Source: Rickettsiales bacterium
GTDB lineage: Bacteria; Pseudomonadota; Alphaproteobacteria; UBA8366
Direction of reading: 5' to 3'
DNA length: 64,000 bases
NCBI GenBank assembly: GCA_038131165.1
Contig: JAYPOZ010000005.1
Span: 14,114-78,113, forward strand
Under the pieces are notes generated by a model, which saw only the letters and a program-made list of their open reading frames with translations, was not told the origin of the DNA and did no database searches. A program made the position numbers and the translations under genes. This document shows, piece by piece, positions 9,754 to 20,039 of this stretch (position 1 is its first letter; the number at the start of each line of letters is the position of its first letter).

Positions 9754-10929
9754 TCAATGATGCGCTTCGGTGAAACTGTCTCCAAAGTTCTGCAGCCGCC
9801 GCTCCGCCTGCCGGGTGATTTTCTCGTTGATTTTCGGGTGGCGGCTCATGAGGTTGCGGAAGTCCGTCGCCGGAATCGCCAGCAATTGGCAATCCGTCAT
9901 GGTGATCACGGTCGCGGTGCGCTCGATATCCTTCAACAGCGCGATCTCGCCGAAGAACTGGCCTTGTTTGAGGCGCACCGGCTTCGGGGTTATCTCGACC
10001 TCGACCTCGCCGGACATGATGATGTACATCGCATCGCCGGTATCGCCGTGATGCACCACGACCCGGTGGGCGGGGATGACCTGCGGCCGGAGAAGCCGGG
10101 TGATCTCCGCGATCTCTGAGGCGTTCAAGTCCTCGAACAGAGGCACGTTGGCGACCGTTTGCCAGGTGACGAGAAAATTGCGCCGCCGCATTTCGCTGGC
10201 GAAACCGCTGGCGAGAATACCCGCCGGCATGGCGAAGGTGGCGACGCCGAGGATCATGATGATGCCGCCGAAAAGGCGGCCCAAATCGGTTGCCGGGGTC
10301 ATGTCGCCGTATCCGACCGTCGCCACCGTGACCACGGCCCACCAGATCGTCGTCGGGACCGAGCTGAAGATTTCCGGTTGGGCGTCGTGTTCGAAGCGGT
10401 ACATCAGTCCCGAGGCCAAGACCACGAGGATCATCAGCAATAGCAGAACGGAGACGAGCGAACGGGCCTCGTTGCGGACGACCTGGGTCAATAGGCCGAG
10501 ACCCGCGACGTAGCGGGCACTTTTGCAGAGCGAAATCAGCATGAGTTCGCCGACGTCTTCGTAGGATGCGACGCCCGCGAGGACGAGCACGACCGGCAGC
10601 GCCGAGAGCACATCCACGATGCCCATCCCGGACATCAGGTATCTTCGGCGAAAGGGCCAGGTCGCCAAGGCGGGGTCGATCTCCGTCTGCGGTGCCAGCC
10701 ACAGGCGGAGCAGAAACTCGACGGTCAGGACCAGCCCGCCCGCGAGATAGGCGCCGCGCGCCAATTCACGCGTGGAGTCCGAGAGATTCGGGATGGTTCC
10801 CGCCGCGAAGGCGGCCGAGGCGACGACGGCCGCGCCCATAAACGCGCCGGCCACGGCGATCTGCGGCGCGGACATCGATCCGGAGGAATCGATCAACCGT
10901 GCCGCATGCTGTCGACGGGTGAACTCCAT
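9754..10929 (-). CDS. cyclic nucleotide-gated potassium channel (MloK1-like)
   Basis: WWAVVTVATVGYGD selectivity filter; C-terminal cNMP-binding domain FFGEIALL...RTATV. Confidence 0.92.
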   Translation of the reverse strand: MEFTRRQHAARLIDSSGSMSAPQIAVAGAFMGAAVVASAAFAAGTIPNLSDSTRELARGAYLAGGLVLTVEFLLRLWLAPQTEIDPALATWPFRRRYLMSGMGIVDVLSALPVVLVLAGVASYEDVGELMLISLCKSARYVAGLGLLTQVVRNEARSLVSVLLLLMILVVLASGLMYRFEHDAQPEIFSSVPTTIWWAVVTVATVGYGDMTPATDLGRLFGGIIMILGVATFAMPAGILASGFASEMRRRNFLVTWQTVANVPLFEDLNASEIAEITRLLRPQVIPAHRVVVHHGDTGDAMYIIMSGEVEVEITPKPVRLKQGQFFGEIALLKDIERTATVITMTDCQLLAIPATDFRNLMSRHPKINEKITRQAERRLQNFGDSFTEAHH

Positions 10930-10957
10930 CTGGCCGTGGCCCTTCTCGGGAACGCTT

Positions 10958-12586
10958 CTAGAATACCGAGATGTCGACTTCCTGCGAGGTGATGAACTCG
11001 AGCAGCGCCGGCACGCCTTTCTCGGTCTGCTCGATGCCGCGCTTGATCGCCGGCACGATATCCTCGGGCGCGGTCACCCGCTCGCCGTAGCCGCCGAACG
11101 CGCGCGCCATGGCGGCGTAGTCGCCGGAAATGTCGGTGCTGCGGTACTTCTCCGTCGAGACCGGCATGACCTTCAACTCGATGGCCATCGAGAAATTGTT
11201 CAACAGGATCGACAGGATCGGAATGCGCTCGCGCACCGCCGTCTCGAAATCCATGCCCGTAAAGCCGATCGCCGCATCGCCCCAGACGTTGATACAGAGC
11301 TTGTCCGGGCAGGCGAGCTTGGCGCCCATCGCGAGGCCGAGCCCGTAGCCGAGCTGCGTGGTCTTGCCCCAGCCGATATAGGAGAGCGGCGTCGTCGATT
11401 CCCAGAACGGCGAAATCTGATCGCGCGGGCTGCCGGCGTCGTGGGTGATGATGGTGTTGGGCCGGTCGACCGTATGCGCCAGGTCCCACAGCACGCGGTA
11501 GGGATTGAGCGGAGAATCGTTGCAGGTCAGTTTCGGCATCCATTCGGCGAGCCAGGCTTTCTTGCCGTCGGCAATCTCCGCCGCGACCTGCGCCGAATTG
11601 CGCTGCGTGACGCCATTCTCCTTCAAGGTCGCGATCAGGGCGTCGAGGATCAGCGCGGCGTCGCCCACCAGCGCGTGCTGGCTGACCACGTTCTTGTTGA
11701 GGTCCGTGGGGTCCAGGGTCGCGTGGATGATGGTCTTGCCCGTCGGCATGGTGACGCCGAAATTCGTCGTCGTGAAGCTGCAGCCGATGCCGAAGATGAC
11801 GTCGGATTTCTGCAGAAAATCGTGGACGGTGCGCGGCATGGAGCGGCCGCCGGAGCCGAGCGAAAGCGGGTGATCCTCGGGAAAGGCGCTCTTGCCCTCG
11901 AGGCTTGTGGTCACAGGCGATGCCAGGAGTTCCGCCAACTCCTTCAGCTGAGGCCAGGCTTCGGCATAGTGGACGCCTTGCCCGGCATAGATCACGGGCC
12001 GTTTCGCCGCCATCAGCACTTTCGCCGCCGTCTTCACGGCTTCCGGGTCCGGCCCGCTGCGGGTCGTGTAGACCGGCGTGTAATCGAGCTCGCCCTCGAA
12101 ATCTTCCGGGAATATATCGGTCGGCACCTCGATCAGCACTGGCCGGCCCCGTCCGTTGCGCAGCTGCGTGAAGGCGCGGCGCATGATGTCCGGAATATCC
12201 TGCACATTGGTCACAGGTTCGGTCGATTTGGTGACGTGCTTGAAATTGAGCACCGAATTGAACTGGGGATCCGTATGCGCGATGTTGCGGGCGTAGCCCA
12301 TCGGCATCACCAGGATCGGCACCGATTCGCCGTAGGCCTGCGCCACGCCGCCGAAGGCGTTCTCCGCGCCCGGGCCATGCTGCATCAGAAACACGCCGAT
12401 TTTCTTGCCGCTGGTCATCCGCGAGATGGCATCCGCCATGTGCAGGCCGATGCGCTCCTGGCGCACGATGACCGGGCGGATATCGGCCCGGGCGGCAAAT
12501 TCCAGAATATGGTTCACCGGATACCCGATGACGATCTCGACGCCCTCGCGTTTCAGAATCTCGGAAATGGCTTCGGCGGCTTTCAT
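10958..12586 (-). CDS. thiamine pyrophosphate-dependent enzyme (acetolactate synthase-like)
   Basis: VRQER catalytic Glu, HGPG, GDAAIG...LLNN ThDP motif. Confidence 0.88.
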   Translation of the reverse strand: MKAAEAISEILKREGVEIVIGYPVNHILEFAARADIRPVIVRQERIGLHMADAISRMTSGKKIGVFLMQHGPGAENAFGGVAQAYGESVPILVMPMGYARNIAHTDPQFNSVLNFKHVTKSTEPVTNVQDIPDIMRRAFTQLRNGRGRPVLIEVPTDIFPEDFEGELDYTPVYTTRSGPDPEAVKTAAKVLMAAKRPVIYAGQGVHYAEAWPQLKELAELLASPVTTSLEGKSAFPEDHPLSLGSGGRSMPRTVHDFLQKSDVIFGIGCSFTTTNFGVTMPTGKTIIHATLDPTDLNKNVVSQHALVGDAALILDALIATLKENGVTQRNSAQVAAEIADGKKAWLAEWMPKLTCNDSPLNPYRVLWDLAHTVDRPNTIITHDAGSPRDQISPFWESTTPLSYIGWGKTTQLGYGLGLAMGAKLACPDKLCINVWGDAAIGFTGMDFETAVRERIPILSILLNNFSMAIELKVMPVSTEKYRSTDISGDYAAMARAFGGYGERVTAPEDIVPAIKRGIEQTEKGVPALLEFITSQEVDISVF

Positions 12587-12847
12587 GCTGTTCTCCCTGG
12601 TGCGGCTGGCGCAAATGCGTTTGTTCTAATTTGAGCCGAATTCGGCACGAAACAAACATTAGGCGATCCCCGGGCCGGCCGTCATGCTCTGATTGTTTCC
12701 GATATTCCATTAGCGGGAGCAGGAGACCGCCCTATATTTTTCGGAAAGGCCGGCTCCCGGAGGGGCGCGGCCCTTGCCGTCCGCCGTCGAAGGCGGCAGG
12801 ATTTACGGCACTCATCGGGCCAACAGAACTACCGAGGCGCTCAGGAC

Positions 12848-15127
12848 ATGAACGACGCAGCAATCCCCGGAAACGGCGAGTATAAGTGGGTCGGCAAACG
12901 GACGATCCGGCCGGATGGTGTGGACAAGGTGACGGGCCGGGCGGCCTACGGCGCCGATTTCAGCCTGCCGGGAATGCTCTATGGCGCGGTCCTGCGCAGC
13001 CCGCACGCCCATGCGCGGATCCTCAAGATCGACACCTCCAAGGCGGAGGCGCTGAAGGGGGTGAAGGCAGTGATCACCGCCGCCGACTGGCCGGAAATCC
13101 CGGCCTCGGAAGCGACCAAAGGCACCGCGCCGGTGAACTTCCAGCACCTGTCCGACAATCTTATGGCACGCAAGAAAGTGCTCTATGACGGCCACGGCGT
13201 GGCGGCGGTGGCGGCGACGTCGCTGGCGATCGCCAAGCGGGCGGCGAAATTGATCGAGGTCGAGTACGAGGTCCTGCCGCATGTCATCGATGTGCTTGAG
13301 GCGTCCAAACCGGATGCGCCGCTGCTGCATGATGATCTGTATACATCGGGGCTCGACGAGAAACCGGCGAAACCCTCGAACGTGGCCCGCAAGGTCGCCT
13401 TCGGCATCGGCGATATCGACGCCGGCTTCAAGGCGGCCGACGCCGTGATCGAGCGCGAGTATACGACGAAGCCGGTGCACCAAGGCTATATCGAGCCGAG
13501 CGCGTGTGTCGCGAACATGTCGGAAGACGGCACGTCGACGGTATGGTCGAGCAGCCAGGGCCAATACATGATTCGGCAATATTGCGCCGGATTGCTGGAG
13601 GTCCCGGCCTCGAACATCCGCGTCACGCCGGCGGAGATCGGCGGCGGTTTCGGCGGCAAGACGACCGTGTGGCTGGAGCCGCACGCGTTGTTGCTGTCGA
13701 AGAAGGCGGGCCATCCGGTCAAGATGACGATGACCCGCGACGAGGTTTTCCGTGCGTCCGGCCCGACCTCCGGTGCCTGGATGAAGATCAAGATCGGCGC
13801 CAAGAAGGACGGCACCATCGTCGCCGGTCAGGCCGAATACATGTTCCAGGCCGGAGCCTATGCGGGCTCTCCGGTCCAGCTCGCCTGCATGTGCGGTTTC
13901 ACGCCCTACGATATTCCGAACGTGGAGAGCATCGGCTACGACGTCGTGGTCAACCGGCCGAAAGCGACCGCTTACCGCGCGCCGGGTGCTCCGATCGGCG
14001 CCTATGGGATCGAGAGCGCCCTCGACGAGCTGGCGCGGGAGCTGAAGATCGACCCGATGGAAATGCGCCTGAAGAATGCGGCGAAACAGGGCACGAAGAC
14101 GTCTTACGGGCCGACCCTCGGCGTCGTCGGCAATATCGAGACGATGACCGCCGCCAAGGAGCATCCGCATTACAGCGCGCCGCTCGGCGAGAATCAGGGC
14201 CGCGGCGTGGCCTCCGGCTTCTGGTTCAATGTCGGCGGCGAGACCAGTGTCGCGGTCAGCCTGCTGGAGGACGGCACGGTGATGGTGACCTCGGGATCGC
14301 CGGATATCGGCGGCTCGCGCGCGTCGCTCTGCAGCATGGCCGCAGAGGTACTCGGCACCGACGTGAAGAACGTGAAGGCGATCATCGCCGACACCAGCTC
14401 GCTTGCCTATAACCGGCATACCGGCGGCAGCCGCGTCACCTTCGCGGCCGGCATCGTGGTGATCGAAGCGACCCGGGACATCGTCCAGCAGCTGCGCGAA
14501 CGCGCGGCGATGATCTGGGAAATCGATGTCGACGCCGTGGTCTGGGAAGAAGGCGAAGCCCGACCCGCCGGCCCCAACGCGGGCGAATTCGAACCCCTCA
14601 CGCTTGCGGATATCGCCGGCAAGACGATCGAGACCGGGGGCCCGATCGGCGCCCGCAGATCGAAAAACGTACAGGCGCCCGGCCCGGCGTTTGGAACCCA
14701 TATCGTCGATGTCGAGGTCGACAGGGAAACCGGCCATGTCAAAATCCTGCGCTACACGGCGGTGCAGGATGTCGGCAAGGCGGTCCATCCGAGTTACGTG
14801 GAAGGACAGATTCAGGGCGGGGCCGCGCAGGGTATCGGATGGGCGCTCAACGAGGAGTATATTTACGACGAAAAGGGGCGCATGGAGAATCCGGGCTTCC
14901 TCGACTATCGCATTCCCGTCGCGTCCGATCTGCCCATGATCGAAGCCGTGATGGTCGAAGTGGCGAATCCGACCCATCCGTTCGGCGTGCGGGGCGTGGG
15001 CGAGGTGCCGATCATTCCGCCGATGGCTGCGATCGCCAATGCCATCGAGGACGCCATCGGCGTTCGCATGAAGGACCTGCCGATGTCGCCGCCGAAGGTG
15101 CTCGCCGCCATCGACGCGGCCGGCTGA
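12848..15127 (+). CDS. xanthine dehydrogenase/CoxL-family molybdopterin-binding large subunit
   Basis: RSPHAHARI, QGYIEP, GGGFGGK, AYRAPG, VEGQIQGG, RGVGEVP. Confidence 0.92.
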   Translation: MNDAAIPGNGEYKWVGKRTIRPDGVDKVTGRAAYGADFSLPGMLYGAVLRSPHAHARILKIDTSKAEALKGVKAVITAADWPEIPASEATKGTAPVNFQHLSDNLMARKKVLYDGHGVAAVAATSLAIAKRAAKLIEVEYEVLPHVIDVLEASKPDAPLLHDDLYTSGLDEKPAKPSNVARKVAFGIGDIDAGFKAADAVIEREYTTKPVHQGYIEPSACVANMSEDGTSTVWSSSQGQYMIRQYCAGLLEVPASNIRVTPAEIGGGFGGKTTVWLEPHALLLSKKAGHPVKMTMTRDEVFRASGPTSGAWMKIKIGAKKDGTIVAGQAEYMFQAGAYAGSPVQLACMCGFTPYDIPNVESIGYDVVVNRPKATAYRAPGAPIGAYGIESALDELARELKIDPMEMRLKNAAKQGTKTSYGPTLGVVGNIETMTAAKEHPHYSAPLGENQGRGVASGFWFNVGGETSVAVSLLEDGTVMVTSGSPDIGGSRASLCSMAAEVLGTDVKNVKAIIADTSSLAYNRHTGGSRVTFAAGIVVIEATRDIVQQLRERAAMIWEIDVDAVVWEEGEARPAGPNAGEFEPLTLADIAGKTIETGGPIGARRSKNVQAPGPAFGTHIVDVEVDRETGHVKILRYTAVQDVGKAVHPSYVEGQIQGGAAQGIGWALNEEYIYDEKGRMENPGFLDYRIPVASDLPMIEAVMVEVANPTHPFGVRGVGEVPIIPPMAAIANAIEDAIGVRMKDLPMSPPKVLAAIDAAG

Positions 15128-15142
15128 GCCGGACGCTCGAAC

Positions 15143-15391
15143 GTGGCAACGGTCATATTGAACCGGGAGATCGCCCGGCAGTTCACCGACGGCGCGACGG
15201 AGATCGATGTCGTATCGGACAACATCCGGGCCGTCATCCGCGAACTCGATGCACGGTTTCCGGGCGTCGGTGCCGTGTTGCGGCACGATATGGCCGTCGC
15301 CATCGACGGCGAGATTTATCAGGATGTCCTCCTCGAGCCGGTCGGACCGAACAGCGAGGTCGCGTTCATCCCGGCCATCGAAGGCGGATAA
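15143..15391 (+). CDS. MoaD/ThiS family ubiquitin-like sulfur carrier
   Basis: 82 aa beta-grasp-like sequence, VAIDG, C-terminal IEGG. Confidence 0.85.
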   Translation: MATVILNREIARQFTDGATEIDVVSDNIRAVIRELDARFPGVGAVLRHDMAVAIDGEIYQDVLLEPVGPNSEVAFIPAIEGG

Positions 15392-15432
15392 CGCTCACAG
15401 GTGCCCCGGCGGGGGCGGAACGGAGACTTGCA

Positions 15433-16272
15433 TTGAAAATCGGCGTGATTTTTCCCGCCTCCGACAAGGGCATGCGGGTTCAGGAACTGGCTTGCGAATT
15501 AGAGGCGCGCGGCTTCGAATCGTTGTTCATCCCGGAACATACCCATATCCCGGTGAATACCGAGAAGACCTTCCGGGGCGGCACCGAACGGATGCCGAAA
15601 AGCTATGCGGAGATGATGGACCCGTTCGTCGCCTGCATGGCGGCGGCCGCGGTGACCGAACGCCTGACCGTCGGCACCGGGATTTGTCTGGTCCCGCAGC
15701 ACGACCCGATCGTGCTGGCAAAGACCGTTGCGACCCTGGACGTGCTGTCGGGCGGGCGCTTCGTCCTCGGCATGGGGGGCGGCTGGAACGTCGGCGAGAT
15801 GAACAATCACGGCGTGGCCTACGAGACCCGTTTCGAGCAGTTGCGCGAGCACGTGTTGGCCATGAAGGCGCTGTGGACCGAGGAAGAATCTGAGTTTCAC
15901 GGGAAATTCGTCGATTTCGGGCCGGTCTGGTGCTATCCGAAGCCGACCCAAAAGCCGCACCCGCCGCTGCTGCTCGGCGGCGAGACGGATCACACCCTGC
16001 GCCGGGTGGTCGAGTATTGCGACGGCTGGTTCCCGCGCCCCACGCACGGCTTCGATCCGGAAGACGGCATGGCGCGCCTGTGTCGGATCGCCGAGGAAGC
16101 CGGGCGCGACCCGGCCACCCTGTCCGTCACGGTCTTCCGCCTGCCGCACGAGAAAGACGAAATCGCGCGTTACGAGGCTGCCGGCATCGAGCGCGGATTG
16201 TTGCAGTTTCCCGGACTGAAACGGGATGAGATTCTGAAAAGCCTGGATACATTCGCGCCGCTGCTCGACTGA
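15433..16272 (+). CDS. LLM class (probably F420-dependent) oxidoreductase
   Basis: TTG start after GGAGA; PEHTHIP, DPFV, TLDVLSGGRFVLGMGGGWN; true CDS is the 3' part of track ORF 14839..16272. Confidence 0.88.
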   Translation: MKIGVIFPASDKGMRVQELACELEARGFESLFIPEHTHIPVNTEKTFRGGTERMPKSYAEMMDPFVACMAAAAVTERLTVGTGICLVPQHDPIVLAKTVATLDVLSGGRFVLGMGGGWNVGEMNNHGVAYETRFEQLREHVLAMKALWTEEESEFHGKFVDFGPVWCYPKPTQKPHPPLLLGGETDHTLRRVVEYCDGWFPRPTHGFDPEDGMARLCRIAEEAGRDPATLSVTVFRLPHEKDEIARYEAAGIERGLLQFPGLKRDEILKSLDTFAPLLD

Positions 16273-16316
16273 GCCGATGGCGGCGCACACCGCAATAAGA
16301 GAGAGGGAGAGACGAC

Positions 16317-17279
16317 ATGAAAGCCGCTGTCATTACGGAAAACGGTCTGGAATTGAAGGATGTCGATCGGCCGGAGCCGAAGGCGGGGGAAATCCTCGTC
16401 AAGGTGGCGGCGGCGGGCCTGAACCGGGCCGATCTGATGGCGCTGCAGGGCGCGCGCGGGTTCGCGGGCGGCGGTGTCGGCGGCCGCGAATGGGCGGGTG
16501 AAGTTGCCGCCTTGGGCGACGGTGTCACCGGCCTGCAGGTTGGCGACCGGGTCATGTGCACCGGCAATGGCGCCTATGCCGAATACGCCGTGACGGTGCC
16601 GGCGCGTGCCTGGAAGGTGCCCGGCAACAACATGAGCCTGGAACAGGCGGCGACGTTGCCGGTATCGCTGCAGACCATGCACAACGCGATCGTCACCGCA
16701 GGCCGTATGGAGAAGGGCGATGCGGTGCTGATTCAGGGCGCCAGCTCCGGGGTCGGTATTCTCGGCATGCAGATCGCCAAGCTCATGGGCGCGCGTCTCG
16801 TCATCGGCACCTCGACCCATGAAGGCCGCCGCGCCAAGCTGACCCAGTATGGCGCCGATATGGCGCTCGATTCGAAAAGCCCGGACTGGGCCGACAAGGT
16901 TCTGGAAGCGACGGACGGCAAGGGCGTCGATCTGATCGTCGACCAGGTCTCCGCCGGGGTAATGAACGACAATCTCAAGGCGACCCGGATTCTGGGCCGC
17001 ATCGTCAATGTCGGCCGGCTCGGCGGGTTCAAGGGCGAACTCGACTTCGACCTGCATGCGGCGCGGCGCATCGACTATATCGGCGTGACCTTCCGCACCC
17101 GCAGCGAAGAGGAAGTCGCCGAGATCATTCGCCTGATGAAGGCCGATCTTTGGGGAGCGGTCGAGGCCGGCGACCTGTCGATCCCGATCGACAAGGCCTT
17201 TCCGCTCGAGCAGGCCGCGGAAGCGCACCAGTACATGAAAGACAATCAGCATTTCGGGAAGATTTTGCTGACCGCGTGA
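16317..17279 (+). CDS. NADPH:quinone oxidoreductase (zeta-crystallin-like MDR)
   Basis: GLNRAD, QGASSGVG, HFGKILL; no Zn ligands. Confidence 0.88.
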   Translation: MKAAVITENGLELKDVDRPEPKAGEILVKVAAAGLNRADLMALQGARGFAGGGVGGREWAGEVAALGDGVTGLQVGDRVMCTGNGAYAEYAVTVPARAWKVPGNNMSLEQAATLPVSLQTMHNAIVTAGRMEKGDAVLIQGASSGVGILGMQIAKLMGARLVIGTSTHEGRRAKLTQYGADMALDSKSPDWADKVLEATDGKGVDLIVDQVSAGVMNDNLKATRILGRIVNVGRLGGFKGELDFDLHAARRIDYIGVTFRTRSEEEVAEIIRLMKADLWGAVEAGDLSIPIDKAFPLEQAAEAHQYMKDNQHFGKILLTA

Positions 17280-17325
17280 TCTTCCCGAACCGGACGAGAA
17301 GCGCGCAAGGCGACCGTTTCGGCGG

Positions 17326-18834
17326 CTATTTCGCTTGCTTGAGTTGCGCCTCCATCCGGTCGCAGAGCGTCCGGATGACTTTCAGCCGTGCGTAGTGCTT
17401 GTTGTTGGCTTCGACCAGCGTCCACGGGGCGGCGACGGTGCTGGTCCGTTCGACCATCTCGTCGACGGTGGCCTCGTAGGCGTCCCAATTATCGCGGTTG
17501 CGCCAATCTTCGTCGGTGAGCTTCCAACTCTTATAGGGTGTGTTCTTGCGTTCCAGGAAGCGCCGCTCCTGTTCTTCCGGGTCGATATGAAGCCAGAACT
17601 TCGCCAGCACGATTCCGTGCTCGGTGAGCTGCTCCTCGAAATCGTTGATCTCGGCGAAGGCGCGGCGGTAGGTGTCCTCCGAGATCAAGTGTTCCACGTG
17701 CTCGACCAGGACCCTGCCGTACCAGCTCCGGTCGAAGATCGTAAACCGGCCGCTGCGGGCGATATGCCGCCAGAAGCGCCACAGATAATGATGGGCGCGT
17801 TCCTCGTCGGTCGGCGCGGCGATCGGAATGACCCGGTAATCGCGGGCGTCGAGCGCCGCCGTCAGGCGCCGGATCGCGCCGCCCTTGCCGCCGGCGTCCC
17901 AGCCTTCGAACACGAGGACCGTCGACATCGACTGCTCCTTCGCTTGCCGATAGAGGCCGTGCAGCCGGGCCCGTAGCTTCCGCAATTCCTTGCCGTATTG
18001 CTTGCGCGAGATCTCCTTCGAGAGGTCCAGGCACGACAAGACGCTGGCCGTGTGGTTTTGAGCTATCGCCGACGCTGCAGGTTTCTTGCGCCGCCGCTTC
18101 GTTTGTTCCGCCGCCGCCCGGGTGCGCGCGTCGATGTGTTCGCTCACCGCTTTGTGCAGAGTGGTCAACACGGTGTGGGCGCGGTAGGGCGGGTCCGCGG
18201 CTTCGACCAGGCACCAGGGAGACGCGGCGGTGCTCGTCCGCATGATGATCCGCTCCGACGTTTCGATGAACTTCTCGTAGCGCTTCCAGTTGTCCCAATC
18301 CTGGGAGGTGATCTTCCAATGGTGATAGGGGTCCTTTTCGAGTTTCTTCAGCCTCTCCTTTTGCGCCTTCTTGTCGAGATGCATCCAGAACTTGAGGATC
18401 AGCGCGCCGTCATCGGCGAGCGTGCGCTCGAAACTTGCGATCCGCTCGAGCCGGGCGTCCAGTTTCGCCCGGCCGATCCGGCGGTAGACCCGGTCGAGCA
18501 GGGGGGCCGTGTACCAGGCGCTCTGAAACAGCCCGATTTGGCCGGCCGCGGGCAGGTCGCGCCAGTAGCGCCAGAACTCGGGCCGTTCCCGTTCTTCGTC
18601 CGAGGGCCGGACATAGGCGCGGGTGACGATCCAGCGCGGGTCCATCCACTCGTTCAGGAGGTTGACGGATTCGCTCTTTCCCGCGCCATCGACTCCGGCA
18701 AACAGGACGATAACGGGGAAATCGCTGCGCCGCAGCGCCTGCTGCATCTCGACCATCGCCAAACGCAGGTCCGGCGCGATGGCGTTGAATTCCGGCTTCG
18801 AAAGCTTGCGGCCAAGTTCGGCGGCTTCAAACAT
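17326..18834 (-). CDS. pap: polyphosphate:AMP phosphotransferase (two-domain PPK2)
   Basis: Two PPK2 domains (AGVDGAGK; FEGWDAGGKGGAIRR, FDRSWYGRVLVE); start MFEAAELG after AAGGAGG. Confidence 0.92.
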   Translation of the reverse strand: MFEAAELGRKLSKPEFNAIAPDLRLAMVEMQQALRRSDFPVIVLFAGVDGAGKSESVNLLNEWMDPRWIVTRAYVRPSDEERERPEFWRYWRDLPAAGQIGLFQSAWYTAPLLDRVYRRIGRAKLDARLERIASFERTLADDGALILKFWMHLDKKAQKERLKKLEKDPYHHWKITSQDWDNWKRYEKFIETSERIIMRTSTAASPWCLVEAADPPYRAHTVLTTLHKAVSEHIDARTRAAAEQTKRRRKKPAASAIAQNHTASVLSCLDLSKEISRKQYGKELRKLRARLHGLYRQAKEQSMSTVLVFEGWDAGGKGGAIRRLTAALDARDYRVIPIAAPTDEERAHHYLWRFWRHIARSGRFTIFDRSWYGRVLVEHVEHLISEDTYRRAFAEINDFEEQLTEHGIVLAKFWLHIDPEEQERRFLERKNTPYKSWKLTDEDWRNRDNWDAYEATVDEMVERTSTVAAPWTLVEANNKHYARLKVIRTLCDRMEAQLKQAK

Positions 18835-18938
18835 GACGGCCTCCTTAACTGAATCCTTTTCATCCCTATCGTGCCAATCGGAACCGAAGGCGGGAAGAGA
18901 CGGATCGTCACAGGGTGCCCGCCGGATCGTGGGAAGCC

Positions 18939-19940
18939 TCAGCCGATCCGCGCGGCGATTCGGCCCACCCGCTCGATGGTCTCCAGCATCGGCGCCTGAC
19001 CCATGCCGACCCAGCTCATCCGCAGGATAAACGTGTCGATTCCGAGCTCGTCGCGATAACGCAGGAATTCGTCGGCTACTTCCGCCTCGTCGCCGACGAT
19101 GAAGCGGTCGACCATAAAGTCGTCGAAGGCATCGGCGAACGTGCGGGCTTTCTCGCCGCTGCCTGCCGCCCCCCAGGAGGCGTAGGCCTTGTATTTGTCG
19201 AGCAGAGATGGCCGGCATACGTCCAGCGCCTCGGCCCGCGTGCCGCGCACGCAGCACTCGCGGGTGATCGGCATGCTTTCCGGCATCGGCAATCCTGCTT
19301 CGGTCCGGGCCGCGCGGAACATCTCTATGCATTTGGCGACGCGCCCGATACTGTCCGTCGGCGCCGCCATCCAGGCATCGCCGAGCCGCGCCGCGCGCGC
19401 CACCGCCGCCGGGACCTGACCGCCCAGCCAGATCGGCGGTCCCCCGGGGCGCTTCGGCTTGATGCTGGTGCCGAGCCCGTCGATATTGAAATACTTGCCG
19501 TGATGATCGACCCGGTCCTCGGTCCACAAGCGGCGAATGACCTCGATCCCTTCCTCGAGCCGGCCGACCCGTTGATTGAAGGGCACGCCGAGGGTCTCGA
19601 ACTCCTCCTTGCGGTAGCCCATGCCGACGCCGAGGGTGAAGTTGCCCCCGGTGATCCAGTCGAGCGTCGCGGCCTCCTCGGCGACGACGGCCGGGTTCAG
19701 CATGGAGAGCAGGATCACCGCGGTGCCGAAGGTCATCCCCTCGCCCTCCGCCGCGAGCCGCGCCAGCAGCGGCATGGTCTGCATCATCTGCATCGGCGCC
19801 ACCAGATAATGCTGGCCCATCCAGACGGAAGAGAAGCCGCTGTCGCGGGCCACCCGGACCTGCTCCATCATGTTGTCCATCTCGGACGAGATGTCCGCGC
19901 CCTCCGGCCATTGGGTCGAAATATAGAGCCCGAATTTCAT
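18939..19940 (-). CDS. LLM class flavin-dependent oxidoreductase
   Basis: MKFGL start, WMGQHY, VAEEAATLDWITGG, GVGMGYRKEEF, PPIWLGG. Confidence 0.88.
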   Translation of the reverse strand: MKFGLYISTQWPEGADISSEMDNMMEQVRVARDSGFSSVWMGQHYLVAPMQMMQTMPLLARLAAEGEGMTFGTAVILLSMLNPAVVAEEAATLDWITGGNFTLGVGMGYRKEEFETLGVPFNQRVGRLEEGIEVIRRLWTEDRVDHHGKYFNIDGLGTSIKPKRPGGPPIWLGGQVPAAVARAARLGDAWMAAPTDSIGRVAKCIEMFRAARTEAGLPMPESMPITRECCVRGTRAEALDVCRPSLLDKYKAYASWGAAGSGEKARTFADAFDDFMVDRFIVGDEAEVADEFLRYRDELGIDTFILRMSWVGMGQAPMLETIERVGRIAARIG

Positions 19941-20039
19941 CGTCTTTACTTCCTTTGTCTGCGCGCGGTTCTTTGACTCGATATAGACCGCGCCTTATGG
20001 TCGAGCCACAACCTAAATCCACTAGGGAGACAGGTCGCC

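Noticed and set aside
12812-15286. Long antisense ORFs (e.g. 824 aa here, 10772..12634, 49302..51344)
   Set aside because: Expected stop-poor shadows opposite high-GC coding genes; no recognisable motifs
14839-15432. N-terminal extensions of track ORFs 14839..16272, 25936..27303 and 45346..46905
   Set aside because: They overlap genuine upstream genes in other frames; the family motifs begin at internal starts that have an RBS or a coupled overlap
17326-20022. 898-aa track ORF suggesting a large PPK2 fusion
   Set aside because: The N-terminal ~396 aa are an Arg/Gly-rich off-frame shadow of the LLM gene 18939..19940; the real start is ATG 18834 with an AAGGAGG RBS
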